Source of the DNA: an uncultured Duncaniella sp.
GTDB taxonomy: Bacteria; Bacteroidota; Bacteroidia; Bacteroidales; Muribaculaceae
Direction: 5' to 3'
Assembly: GCA_910578515.1 (NCBI GenBank)
Contig: CAJTQR010000004.1
Location: forward strand, 7,268 to 71,267
Length of the DNA stretch: 64,000 nt
The notes under the pieces are model-generated. The model searched no databases and had not been told where the DNA came from. It saw nothing but the letters and a program-made list of their open reading frames with translations. Below, piece after piece: positions 37,470 through 45,803 of this stretch. Position numbers and translations under genes: made by a program. Every line of letters starts with the position of its first letter. Position 1 is the first letter of the stretch.

Positions 37470-37563
37470 TAATATGGCTCGTTGGCTAAAGTAGTATCTT
37501 GACATTTAGGATAAAGTGTGTAAAAAATTTAATTTGAAGCTATTGTATATCGTGTCGAATATG

Positions 37564-37571
37564 CAAATTTA
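37564..37571 (-). promoter_or_regulatory. putative -7 box (TAAATTTG on minus strand) for the pilus operon
   Basis: Plus strand CAAATTTA. It is the only TAnnTTTG match I found between 37227 and 37690, which implies a ~330-nt leader. Confidence 0.35.
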
Positions 37572-37690
37572 AACAGAGTTTTTGAGCTTGACAAGCAATT
37601 TAAACTGTTTTTCTGTTAAAATTTGCAAAAACAGCATTAGGAGCGATTGTATTGGGGGGTGACGGTTGAAACGGGATTTTTTATTCGCTG

Positions 37691-37734
37691 GAACACAAAA
37701 GGGCCGGAGGGAATCAAAGCGATTCCTCCCCGGC
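37691..37734 (-). terminator. terminator hairpin of the phosphate-transporter gene
   Basis: ccggagggaatc/gattcctccccgg imperfect stem (one bulge), followed on the minus strand by ttttgtgtt. Confidence 0.5.
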
Positions 37735-37775
37735 TCCTGCGGTTACACTTGCATTACTGTCTCCTTATTGTCACA

Positions 37776-40046
37776 TCACTGTCTCCCTCTTGGATGGGTT
37801 GCGAAATCAGTGTCGAGGAGCTTGGCGTAGGCTCTCAGATATTTTCGGAGCCCCGACACCATCTCCTGTGTCTCCTGAAGCATATTCAGGTAGACATATA
37901 CCACTGTCATCGACGACGGGTCACCCTCGCGCAGCTGAGTGAAAAGGCGGTGATAGGTGTCGGATATCACATCTTTCAGCTCATCGCAGTTGCGGCGCAG
38001 CATAGGTATGGTGGCGGTAGCCGTTGTATCCATCATGTCGAAGGTATCGTTGAAGAGGGTATCGACCCTACCTTTTATCATCTCGAACTCTGCCACGTAT
38101 TGCTTGGGGAGAGGTCGGAAGTTATTATCCACATGCTCCCGGCAGATTTCACATATACGGCGGAGATTATAGAGAATGCTCATGCAGCAGGTATTGCTGA
38201 GATGGAACCATGCGCTTTTCTCGATGGCGGTCTCATGGCTTACCTGACGCAGGCAGAGGGTCTCTTTGCGACGCGCATTCTTCAGCACACTTTTCTGGCG
38301 CTCCAGAGCGGAGTCAGCCTTGCCAAGCACCCGCGAGTTTTCATTTATAAAAGCGGTGGTAACGGCGGCATAGCTCTCGTCGGCAAAGCGGAGGAACTTA
38401 AGCTGCTGCCCGGTCACATATATGCGGAGCAGATTCCAGCTCTCGGTCTTATCGGTGGTGGAGAGAATGGTCTGGAAAAGTGCGTCACCCTCATCCTCGG
38501 TCTTGCGAGCACGGAAGCGGCGGTTGCTGCGGATAAGCAGAAAAATTGTGAAAAGCGCCAGTGCGAACATCACCCAGTGCCCTCCGATGTGCATCAGAAA
38601 GACTATGATTCCTGCGCCGATGAAGGCTGCGCCGGCGGTGAGAAACCATCCGCCTATCACCGATATCACACCTGTGATTCGGAACACGGCGCTCTCACGC
38701 CCCCACGCACGGTCGGCGAGCGATGTACCCATTGCCACCATGAAGGTGACGAATGTGGTGGAGAGGGGAAGTTTGAGCGAGGTGCCGAGGGCTATCAGGG
38801 CGCCGGCAAGCACAAGGTTGACCGAACCTCTGATGAGGTCGAAGGCGGCTCCCTGTTCCATAATTGTATCATCCGAATTAAATCGGCGCGCGAACCACGC
38901 ACGGACCGAGTCGGGGGTATGGCGGCGCACCCATGCCAGGAGCGAGAGCGACCATCGCACCAGGCGGCGGGCTATGCGCGATGAACCGAACATCTCCTCA
39001 CCACCCTGCTGGCTACCAAGCCCGATTTCGGTCTTGGCGACATTCTGTGCCTTTTTAGAGGTGGCGAGCGCCACTACCATAATCATACCGGCCCCGATGA
39101 GAAAATAGAGAGGTGTCTGCGCCGGTCCGTTGAGCGAACCCATCAGAAAACCGCGTGGGTCACCACCACCATTTGCCATGTAGTCCTGGTAAGAGGCGAG
39201 TCCGCTCAATGGCACACCGATGAAGTTGACGAGGTCATTCCCTGCAAATGCCATGGCAAGCGCGAATGTACCCATCAGCACTATCACCTTGAGCACATTG
39301 ACCTTCAGGAAGTGAAGCAGTTGCATGAGCACGGTAAATCCGGCAAAACATACACCTATAATAAGCAGAGTGTTGGAGGCAATCCACTTTTTCAGTTCGG
39401 GAGTCATGAATGTAAGGTCCTTGGCTCCTTTAATCAGAAGGAAGTAGACAATAGCGGTGGCACAGATGCCGCCGAATATCCCTATCTTCCATTTCATCCG
39501 GCTACGATAGTTGAATGAGAATATCATACGCGACAGGAACTGCACCAGAGTTCCGAACACAAAGGCTATCGCCACCGAGAGGAATATACCCATGATTACC
39601 GAGAGTGCTTTCTCAGTATTCAGCAGGTCATTGAAGCCCAAGTCGATGCCTCCCGCCATCTTAATCAACGCCACAACAAACGTCGCTCCGAGAAGCTCAA
39701 ACACCATCGATACGGTGGTGGATGTGGGCATTCCGAGCGAATTGAAGATGTCGAGAAGAATGATGTCCGTGACCATCACTGCCATAAATATGCATATCAG
39801 GTCGTAGAACGAGAAATGTTCCGGGCGGAAAATACCGTGCCGCGCTATTTCCATCATGCCGTTGCTCATGGCGGCTCCGATGAATACGCCCACGGAGGCT
39901 ACAATAATAATGCGTTTGAACGAGGCTGCTTTCGAGCCGATAGCTGAATTGAGGAAATTAACCGCGTCATTGCTTACTCCCACCGACAGGTCAAACACTG
40001 CCAGTAGGAAGAGGAATATCACGACGCACAGGAATAGTATGTCCAT
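37776..40046 (-). CDS. PiT-family inorganic phosphate transporter with a long C-terminal cytoplasmic (PhoU-like) extension
   Basis: N-terminus FDLSVGVSNDAVNFLNSAIGS and a later FAGNDLVNFIGVPL are the duplicated PHO4 signature. 756 aa. Confidence 0.88.
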   Translation of the reverse strand: MDILFLCVVIFLFLLAVFDLSVGVSNDAVNFLNSAIGSKAASFKRIIIVASVGVFIGAAMSNGMMEIARHGIFRPEHFSFYDLICIFMAVMVTDIILLDIFNSLGMPTSTTVSMVFELLGATFVVALIKMAGGIDLGFNDLLNTEKALSVIMGIFLSVAIAFVFGTLVQFLSRMIFSFNYRSRMKWKIGIFGGICATAIVYFLLIKGAKDLTFMTPELKKWIASNTLLIIGVCFAGFTVLMQLLHFLKVNVLKVIVLMGTFALAMAFAGNDLVNFIGVPLSGLASYQDYMANGGGDPRGFLMGSLNGPAQTPLYFLIGAGMIMVVALATSKKAQNVAKTEIGLGSQQGGEEMFGSSRIARRLVRWSLSLLAWVRRHTPDSVRAWFARRFNSDDTIMEQGAAFDLIRGSVNLVLAGALIALGTSLKLPLSTTFVTFMVAMGTSLADRAWGRESAVFRITGVISVIGGWFLTAGAAFIGAGIIVFLMHIGGHWVMFALALFTIFLLIRSNRRFRARKTEDEGDALFQTILSTTDKTESWNLLRIYVTGQQLKFLRFADESYAAVTTAFINENSRVLGKADSALERQKSVLKNARRKETLCLRQVSHETAIEKSAWFHLSNTCCMSILYNLRRICEICREHVDNNFRPLPKQYVAEFEMIKGRVDTLFNDTFDMMDTTATATIPMLRRNCDELKDVISDTYHRLFTQLREGDPSSMTVVYVYLNMLQETQEMVSGLRKYLRAYAKLLDTDFATHPRGRQ

Positions 40047-40126
40047 TTCTTAGAGGTTGTTTAATCTGTTCTGATTATGTTACAGTCTGTCCTATTTTTT
40101 AATACAAAGGTCGGTTAAAATTGTTT

Positions 40127-40134
40127 CAAAAATA
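40127..40134 (-). promoter_or_regulatory. putative -7 box (TATTTTTG on minus strand)
   Basis: Plus strand CAAAAATA, ~80 nt upstream of the PiT ATG. Confidence 0.4.
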
Positions 40135-40342
40135 TTTCATAAAGATTAAGATAATATGAAACCATGTACACACACCACAACCCCGCACCTGGGCGGAGGG
40201 CTGTATCGTCTTTCGGATACATCCCTTTCCGTCCCGATGCGGGGTTGTCGGAATTTCCGTCCCCGGAAATTTCAGAGTGTGTTTACTTTTAACACACTCT
40301 AAGGGAGTGTTTAATCACACCCTCTTATTTGGAGTCTGACTC

Positions 40343-40591
40343 TTATTCCGCTATAATCTCTTTCAGCGCCTGTGATAATTGGTCAGGGCATGAAGTGGCT
40401 TTGCTGCCGCAAAGTATACCGTCAAGACGCCCTATCACCTCCTCGGGTTTCATCCCTTTTACCAGCGCACCTATCCCCTGGAGATTACCATGACATCCGC
40501 CGGTGAAACGGACATCCTGAATGAGTCCGTCCTCAATTTCAATTTCTATCATGCGCGAGCATGTGCCTTTTGTCTGATACTGATATTTCAT
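40343..40591 (-). CDS. TSCPD-domain protein (TIGR03905-like, 4-Cys)
   Basis: 82 aa. GTCSRMIEIEIEDGLIQDVRFTGGCHGNLQGI...CGSKATSCPDQL matches my recall of this small family. Confidence 0.85.
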   Translation of the reverse strand: MKYQYQTKGTCSRMIEIEIEDGLIQDVRFTGGCHGNLQGIGALVKGMKPEEVIGRLDGILCGSKATSCPDQLSQALKEIIAE

Positions 40592-40633
40592 TTGCTGAAT
40601 TTATTGTTGATTATATTATATATATTATATAGG

Positions 40634-43165
40634 TTATTCTTCAAGACGGTTGATTATGCTCATGAGTGTCTCGCCGAGACCTATTGTGTAGCCGCTGCTC
40701 ACATATACCACGCGGTTGAAGGTGTCGGCAATAACAAATACCGGCATCTCTCCTTCCGGTAGGTCAAGACTCGCCGCCAATTCTGCCTCCACGGCGCCAT
40801 CCTTGTCAATACCGGTGACGATATTTGCAGGGAGAGCGGGGAATGCAGCCCCATTGAAACGTGCCGCCTCATCCTCATCCTTGAACAGCAGAAGCATTTT
40901 CTTCCCCCACTTCTCAAAATCAGCCTTAAGAGCGCTGATATCGTTAAGCGCGTGTGAGGTCGGCTCATGGTTGGGACGTATGAGCCCTACCACATAGTAA
41001 CCCCTCCCGGTGGTAGAGAGAATGCTCTTGTCGGTATCGGAGGCAATATCATGGTAGATGTTCTCTGCATTGAGCGAGCCTATCACCTGCACCGCATTGT
41101 CATCGTGGCGGAATACAAATGGCAATTCGGTCACCTTATCCTTATCTACAGTGAAGAACTCTGAGCGGGCGAGCACGCCGCCGTTGGCGAGACGCTGCCC
41201 GGTGACAAGCATGTAGTGCCCCTCCTCCAGAGTGGTGTGACCGTCGAGAAATTCCTGGAGGGTCATCCCCTCATCAAATTCAAGCTGACGCGGGAAACCT
41301 CCGTCGATTTTTGAGATGGAGAAGTGGGAATAATATTTCGGCTCTTTCACGGTTGATAGCTCAATGGCCGATGCCTTGATTCGTCCGGTAGGTGATACAG
41401 TCGAAAGGGTCTCATCTGCGAGCTTCACATCCACCCATTCACCTGCCTCGGAAGCATACTGCGGCTTACCGGTCACCGGGTCGATGCGCGAAGGAATCCC
41501 GCAGCTTCTTGCGCCTGCCACAAAGCAGATGGCTGCCGAGAGAGGGTCGGCGACACCTGTACGCCACACCGACTCAGGGCTCATGCGAAGCTGCTTGGGA
41601 TTATTGTCGGAACGGAGGGTTATGTGTGACTTCACTTTCTCCACCCATTTGTCGGGACTTGCTGCATACATCTTTCGGTCTGCTTCCGGCAGCTCCCGGC
41701 GGAAGAAATCTTTGTAGGGTGTGAGAAATTCATTCTCTACACGCGGATTCAGCACGTATGCCTCATAGAGAGGAGTGTCAGCGTTCACATCATCGGTAGA
41801 CAGATGGTCCTGAAGCACAGCTACCGGGACATCCCTGCGGTCCTTCTCACTTATGGCTAATAGAAGGGCAAGGGCTTTTTCCCTCTGTCCGGGAGCTACT
41901 TCTGCGAGAAATCCGCTGAGGTTTGCATGGTTGCCACGCGACTCCACAAGTACCTTAGCCACCTTGGCAGCATCAAGGTTAAGGTTACGGGCAAGCTCTA
42001 CCCCTTTCGCTGAATCGGCAAAGTTTGACATGTAGGCGTGGCGCAATGAGTCCTCGTATGATTTTCTACGGTCATTCTCCGCTGCCTGCTCGGCTGTCGG
42101 CTTAGGCAACGATGCAGAAGCAGGAGGAGGTATGAGGTCAAACAGCAAGGTGCCGGTATAGGTGGCATCCTTGTCGAGTGTCACCGTGACGGATGCCGAG
42201 GAGTTCCCTTTAGCCAAGCCGAATCGTGTGCCGTCCGAAGCCCAGATGACCAAATCCCCCTTACCGGTATTGAGCGAAGCACGTCCATCAGCATCCGCGA
42301 CCTTCTGCGCGAGAGGATAGTATTCGGAATAGTTGTAGAGACAGAATTTCACTGTAGCCCCCTTGCTCGGAGTTCCGTCAGGATTGAGCACACGCACCTC
42401 AACCGGCGCCACAGGTGCATAATTGGCTGTCACGTTGATTACCGTATAATATGGAGAGTGCCCTACGGCTTCCTCCGGACCATCGTAGACACCAAACACG
42501 TTTGTGTGCATGAGCATTCCGCGCGATGCCGGGGAGTTGAACCAAGCGAGGTTGAGTATCGGCTCAGGTTCACATGCTCCGAGAAAATACCATTTTCCAT
42601 CAGCCCAAGCCTCCACCCAGGCGTGATTGTCGTCGGTATGAGCCCATCGCGGAGTGTAGACCTGACGTGCAGGTATGCCCATGGCGCGCAATGCCGCCAC
42701 AGCAAAGGTGGATTCCTCTCCGCAGCGACCTATTGCCTGGCTTACGGTGGAGAGAGGACTGCTTGTGCGGGCATCTGAAGGCTGATATGTGGCTTTCTCA
42801 TGACACCAGTGATTTATTTCAAGTATCGCCTCCTCCATGGTGAGGTTTTTCACTCTATCCTTAAGCTCATCGTAAAACACACGGCGCGACATATCAAGAT
42901 TTTCATTGTTGACACGCACCGGAAGCACGAAATGCCGGAATTCACGCTCTGGCACCGTTTTGCCCCATGGCATCTCTTCACGGGCTTTTAATGACAGCTC
43001 CACATTCTCCTTGAAGAAGTCATGCGAATACATTGCCCTGTCAGGGAGAGGCATCCCTCGATAGAGAAATTCAATCAGGCTGTCGGTCTCGTTGACAGGC
43101 GTCGCCGCTGTCGCTCCGGTTGTGAATGCCAGAAAGGTGGCGACTGTCAATAAAAATTTCATCAT
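40634..43165 (-). CDS. transglutaminase-like domain protein (843 aa, secreted)
   Basis: Signal peptide. GRCGEESTFAVAALRAMGIPARQVYTPRWAHTDDNHAWVEAW carries the Cys-His-Asp transglutaminase core. Confidence 0.85.
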   Translation of the reverse strand: MMKFLLTVATFLAFTTGATAATPVNETDSLIEFLYRGMPLPDRAMYSHDFFKENVELSLKAREEMPWGKTVPEREFRHFVLPVRVNNENLDMSRRVFYDELKDRVKNLTMEEAILEINHWCHEKATYQPSDARTSSPLSTVSQAIGRCGEESTFAVAALRAMGIPARQVYTPRWAHTDDNHAWVEAWADGKWYFLGACEPEPILNLAWFNSPASRGMLMHTNVFGVYDGPEEAVGHSPYYTVINVTANYAPVAPVEVRVLNPDGTPSKGATVKFCLYNYSEYYPLAQKVADADGRASLNTGKGDLVIWASDGTRFGLAKGNSSASVTVTLDKDATYTGTLLFDLIPPPASASLPKPTAEQAAENDRRKSYEDSLRHAYMSNFADSAKGVELARNLNLDAAKVAKVLVESRGNHANLSGFLAEVAPGQREKALALLLAISEKDRRDVPVAVLQDHLSTDDVNADTPLYEAYVLNPRVENEFLTPYKDFFRRELPEADRKMYAASPDKWVEKVKSHITLRSDNNPKQLRMSPESVWRTGVADPLSAAICFVAGARSCGIPSRIDPVTGKPQYASEAGEWVDVKLADETLSTVSPTGRIKASAIELSTVKEPKYYSHFSISKIDGGFPRQLEFDEGMTLQEFLDGHTTLEEGHYMLVTGQRLANGGVLARSEFFTVDKDKVTELPFVFRHDDNAVQVIGSLNAENIYHDIASDTDKSILSTTGRGYYVVGLIRPNHEPTSHALNDISALKADFEKWGKKMLLLFKDEDEAARFNGAAFPALPANIVTGIDKDGAVEAELAASLDLPEGEMPVFVIADTFNRVVYVSSGYTIGLGETLMSIINRLEE

Positions 43166-43174
43166 AAGTAGGTG

Positions 43175-43921
43175 TTATTTGATGCTGTTGATTTCATTAA
43201 TAATATTGCGCACGCTCTCCGCCGAGGTAACCATACGGCTGTATTCGTCCATCTCGGGAGCACCCATCTTCACCCGCTCATTGCGGTAGACCATGCTCGA
43301 TGGCACCGCAACACGTGCCGAGGCATGAAGCTCGTTCACTCCGCTCCTCTCCACTATCATGCGGGCATTTTTTACCGATACTCCACTCCCTGCCATGACC
43401 GAAAGACGCTCACCGGCAGCAATGCGCAGCTTTGCAAGCAGACCTGCCCCCTCAAGAGCCGTAGGTGCCTGTCCGGAAGTAAGAAGACGGTTACAACCGA
43501 GTGCTATCACATCTTCCAGCGCCTTTATTGGTTCCCGGCACACGTCAAAAGCACGGTGAAAAGTGATTTCTGCCTCACCGGCAGCTTCGACGAGACGCGT
43601 ACACAGTTCCATGTCAACATCACCTTCGGGTGTGAGCGCACCTATCACCACGCCATTGGCTCCGGCAGCAGTCACCGCACGTATATCGGTTATCATGCAC
43701 TCCGTCTCGGCGGGTGTATAAACAAAATCACCTCCTCGCGGACGTATCAGCACATTCACCTTTATGCCCGACTGCACTGCCGCCTTCACCAATCCGAGCG
43801 AGGGTGTGACGCCCCCCTCGGCAAGTCCGCTGCACAGTTCCACTCTCGCGGCGCCACCTTCGAGTGCCGCCGCCACACTGTCGAGCGAATCTGCACAAAC
43901 CTCAAGTGTACGGAGTTTCAT
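43175..43921 (-). CDS. cutC: copper homeostasis protein CutC
   Basis: LEVCADSLDSVAAALEGGAARVELCSGLAEGGVTPSLG and FHRAFD motifs. Confidence 0.9.
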   Translation of the reverse strand: MKLRTLEVCADSLDSVAAALEGGAARVELCSGLAEGGVTPSLGLVKAAVQSGIKVNVLIRPRGGDFVYTPAETECMITDIRAVTAAGANGVVIGALTPEGDVDMELCTRLVEAAGEAEITFHRAFDVCREPIKALEDVIALGCNRLLTSGQAPTALEGAGLLAKLRIAAGERLSVMAGSGVSVKNARMIVERSGVNELHASARVAVPSSMVYRNERVKMGAPEMDEYSRMVTSAESVRNIINEINSIK

Positions 43922-43986
43922 TTCTCTTAATTGTTATTTTTATCGGTAAGTATCGTTTATCTGTATTCCGACCAGTTTTCACAATG

Positions 43987-45306
43987 TTATTTTGTAGTCA
44001 GCTCGATTATATAATCGGGCACGTCAGGAATAGCGGGGAGATGCAGCACAACCCCCTTCTCATTATGGCGGGAGAATTTCACATCCTCCTTCCCGTCGAA
44101 AGTCACAGCTTTCTTCACCTTGCAGTCAAGAGGAAGATGCAGGTCTCGTATATCGGAGCTGAGCAGGTGTACATACAATTTGTCACCCTTGCGTGTGGTC
44201 GTGCCCCATGGTTGCGACTGGATGTCACCTCCGTCTGTGCCATAAATCGTCTCGCCATATACTGAAAGCCACTCTCCCATCTCTTTCAGGCGGTCAAGCG
44301 ACTGGCGGGGCAGCTCGCCGTTTGGCTGCGGTCCCACATTGAGAAGCAAGTTCGCTCCCATACCGGCACATTTCACCAGAAGACGCACCAAGGTAGGTGT
44401 ATCCTTGTAGTTTGTATCCTTCACCTTGTATCCCCACATTCCGTTCATGGTCTGGCAGGTCTCTTTGGGCAACGACGCAATATCCTGCGAACTATAACCG
44501 GCGGTGTTCTCACCCGGCACATCTCTCTCGAATATCTGTATATCCTCCCCTTCTATCACATTTTCATGATGGTTGTTAGCCACCATGCACGAAGGTTGTA
44601 GAGTGTGTATCATCCGGTATTGTTCCTCAAGCTGCCAGTTGAAAGGCACTGAATCCTCATCGTGGTCCCAATATCCGTCAAACCAGATGGCACGTATAGG
44701 ACCATAGTTCGTGAGCAACTCGGTCAGCTGATTGTTCATGAACTTATAGTAAGTATCCCAATTATAGTTTAGCGAGTCTCGACCGTTATGGCGACCTGTA
44801 CGTCCGCGTGGGTAGTCGGTCCGTTTCCAGTCCAGATGCGAGTAATAGAGATGAAGTTTCACATCCTCCTTGGCGCATGCATCCGACAGCTCTTTGAGCA
44901 CATCGCGTTTGAATGGAGTACCGTCAACTATATTATAGTCATTCTCTGCGGTCTTGAACATTGAGAACCCATCATGGTGGCGAGTGGTGAATGTGATGTA
45001 ACGCGCACCGGAACCTTTTATCGCCTTTACCCACTCGTCGGCATCGAAATCTGCCGGATAAAAACCTCTGGCGGCCTTGCAGTATTCATCCTCACGGATG
45101 CCGGAGTTGAGATACCACTCCCCTTGGGCAAACATGCTGTAGATGCCCCAATGGATAAATATGCCAAACCTGTCGGCGGCAAATTCCTTCTGTGACTGCC
45201 TCACTTGCTCCGATGGCTCGTAGCCGCTCACATTTTCCGACGCTCCCGCGGAGCCTACAGCCGCCGCAAGCATGGTCAATACAAATAGAATGTTCTTTTT
45301 CATCAT
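43987..45306 (-). CDS. alpha-L-fucosidase (GH29)
   Basis: Signal peptide. RFGIFIHWGIYS, YITFTTRHHDGFSMF and WFDGYW motifs. Confidence 0.9.
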   Translation of the reverse strand: MMKKNILFVLTMLAAAVGSAGASENVSGYEPSEQVRQSQKEFAADRFGIFIHWGIYSMFAQGEWYLNSGIREDEYCKAARGFYPADFDADEWVKAIKGSGARYITFTTRHHDGFSMFKTAENDYNIVDGTPFKRDVLKELSDACAKEDVKLHLYYSHLDWKRTDYPRGRTGRHNGRDSLNYNWDTYYKFMNNQLTELLTNYGPIRAIWFDGYWDHDEDSVPFNWQLEEQYRMIHTLQPSCMVANNHHENVIEGEDIQIFERDVPGENTAGYSSQDIASLPKETCQTMNGMWGYKVKDTNYKDTPTLVRLLVKCAGMGANLLLNVGPQPNGELPRQSLDRLKEMGEWLSVYGETIYGTDGGDIQSQPWGTTTRKGDKLYVHLLSSDIRDLHLPLDCKVKKAVTFDGKEDVKFSRHNEKGVVLHLPAIPDVPDYIIELTTK

Positions 45307-45397
45307 AGCTAAATCCTGATTCCGATTGCTTTATTGCATTTTGTTCTTTTGTCGCACACGTGATGTATGATTGCCCATCAATAAAATGCGCACAATG

Positions 45398-45405
45398 CAA
45401 AGATA
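45398..45405 (-). promoter_or_regulatory. putative -7 box (TATCTTTG on minus strand)
   Basis: Plus strand CAAAGATA, upstream of the fucosidase gene. Confidence 0.4.
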
Positions 45406-45580
45406 CATAAAAAGCCCCAAACTCCCCCTCAAAATATTTAAGTAACTATCAGAATTTAATACCTATTTATAGCATCGATATTTTTTAGATGGTTCCGCAT
45501 ATGAATTAAAAGAATATCGCAAACTGTCTGACCATATTGATTGCTAACTATTGTATGTTGCGGACGTTTTATCTTAGGAG

Positions 45581-45588
45581 TACATTTG
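45581..45588 (+). promoter_or_regulatory. putative orphan -7 box (TACATTTG)
   Basis: 15 nt before the ATG at 45604, in the fucosidase/fucO intergenic region. Confidence 0.35.
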
Positions 45589-45603
45589 CATACTATTATT
45601 ATC

Positions 45604-45756
45604 ATGGCAACTAATCAAAACCTACTGAAACAATTCGGGAGAACAATCCAGACTCTACGAAAAGAACTCTTGATTCAATATGCCATCAATCTCTATGGCA
45701 CCACCGCCACATTCCCGGACGTCCGGGAATGTGGCGGTGGTTATAACGGGAAGTGA
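45604..45756 (+). CDS. possible 50-aa protein (faint XRE-HTH resemblance), or alternatively a small RNA
   Basis: MATNQNLLKQFGRTIQTLRKELLIQYAINLYGTTATFPDVRECGGGYNGK, with a promoter-like box just upstream. Its 3' third is a 42-nt perfect palindrome, which argues as much for an RNA or terminator as for coding. Confidence 0.25.
   Translation: MATNQNLLKQFGRTIQTLRKELLIQYAINLYGTTATFPDVRECGGGYNGK
45700..45741. terminator. 42-nt perfect palindrome (19-bp stem hairpin); probable fucO terminator and/or 3' end of a plus-strand small transcript
   Basis: accaccgccacattcccggac|gtccgggaatgtggcggtggt, checked base by base. No adjacent T-run on either strand. Confidence 0.55.
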
Positions 45757-45803
45757 ATTATTTAGAGTTTTGTCTTAAAAACAATCTATTTTCACTTTGT
45801 AAA

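Noticed and set aside
37647-38984. 445-aa plus-strand ORF
   Set aside because: It is entirely antisense to the well-supported PiT transporter gene (37776-40046). The translation is low-complexity (His/Gly/Ala/Glu-rich) with no motifs. This is typical of a spurious antisense frame in a GC-rich gene.
43172-43930. 252-aa plus-strand ORF spanning exactly the cutC locus
   Set aside because: The minus-strand product has clear CutC motifs, while the plus-strand translation is Cys/His/Arg-rich and featureless. Full-length antisense openness here looks like a by-product of codon bias.
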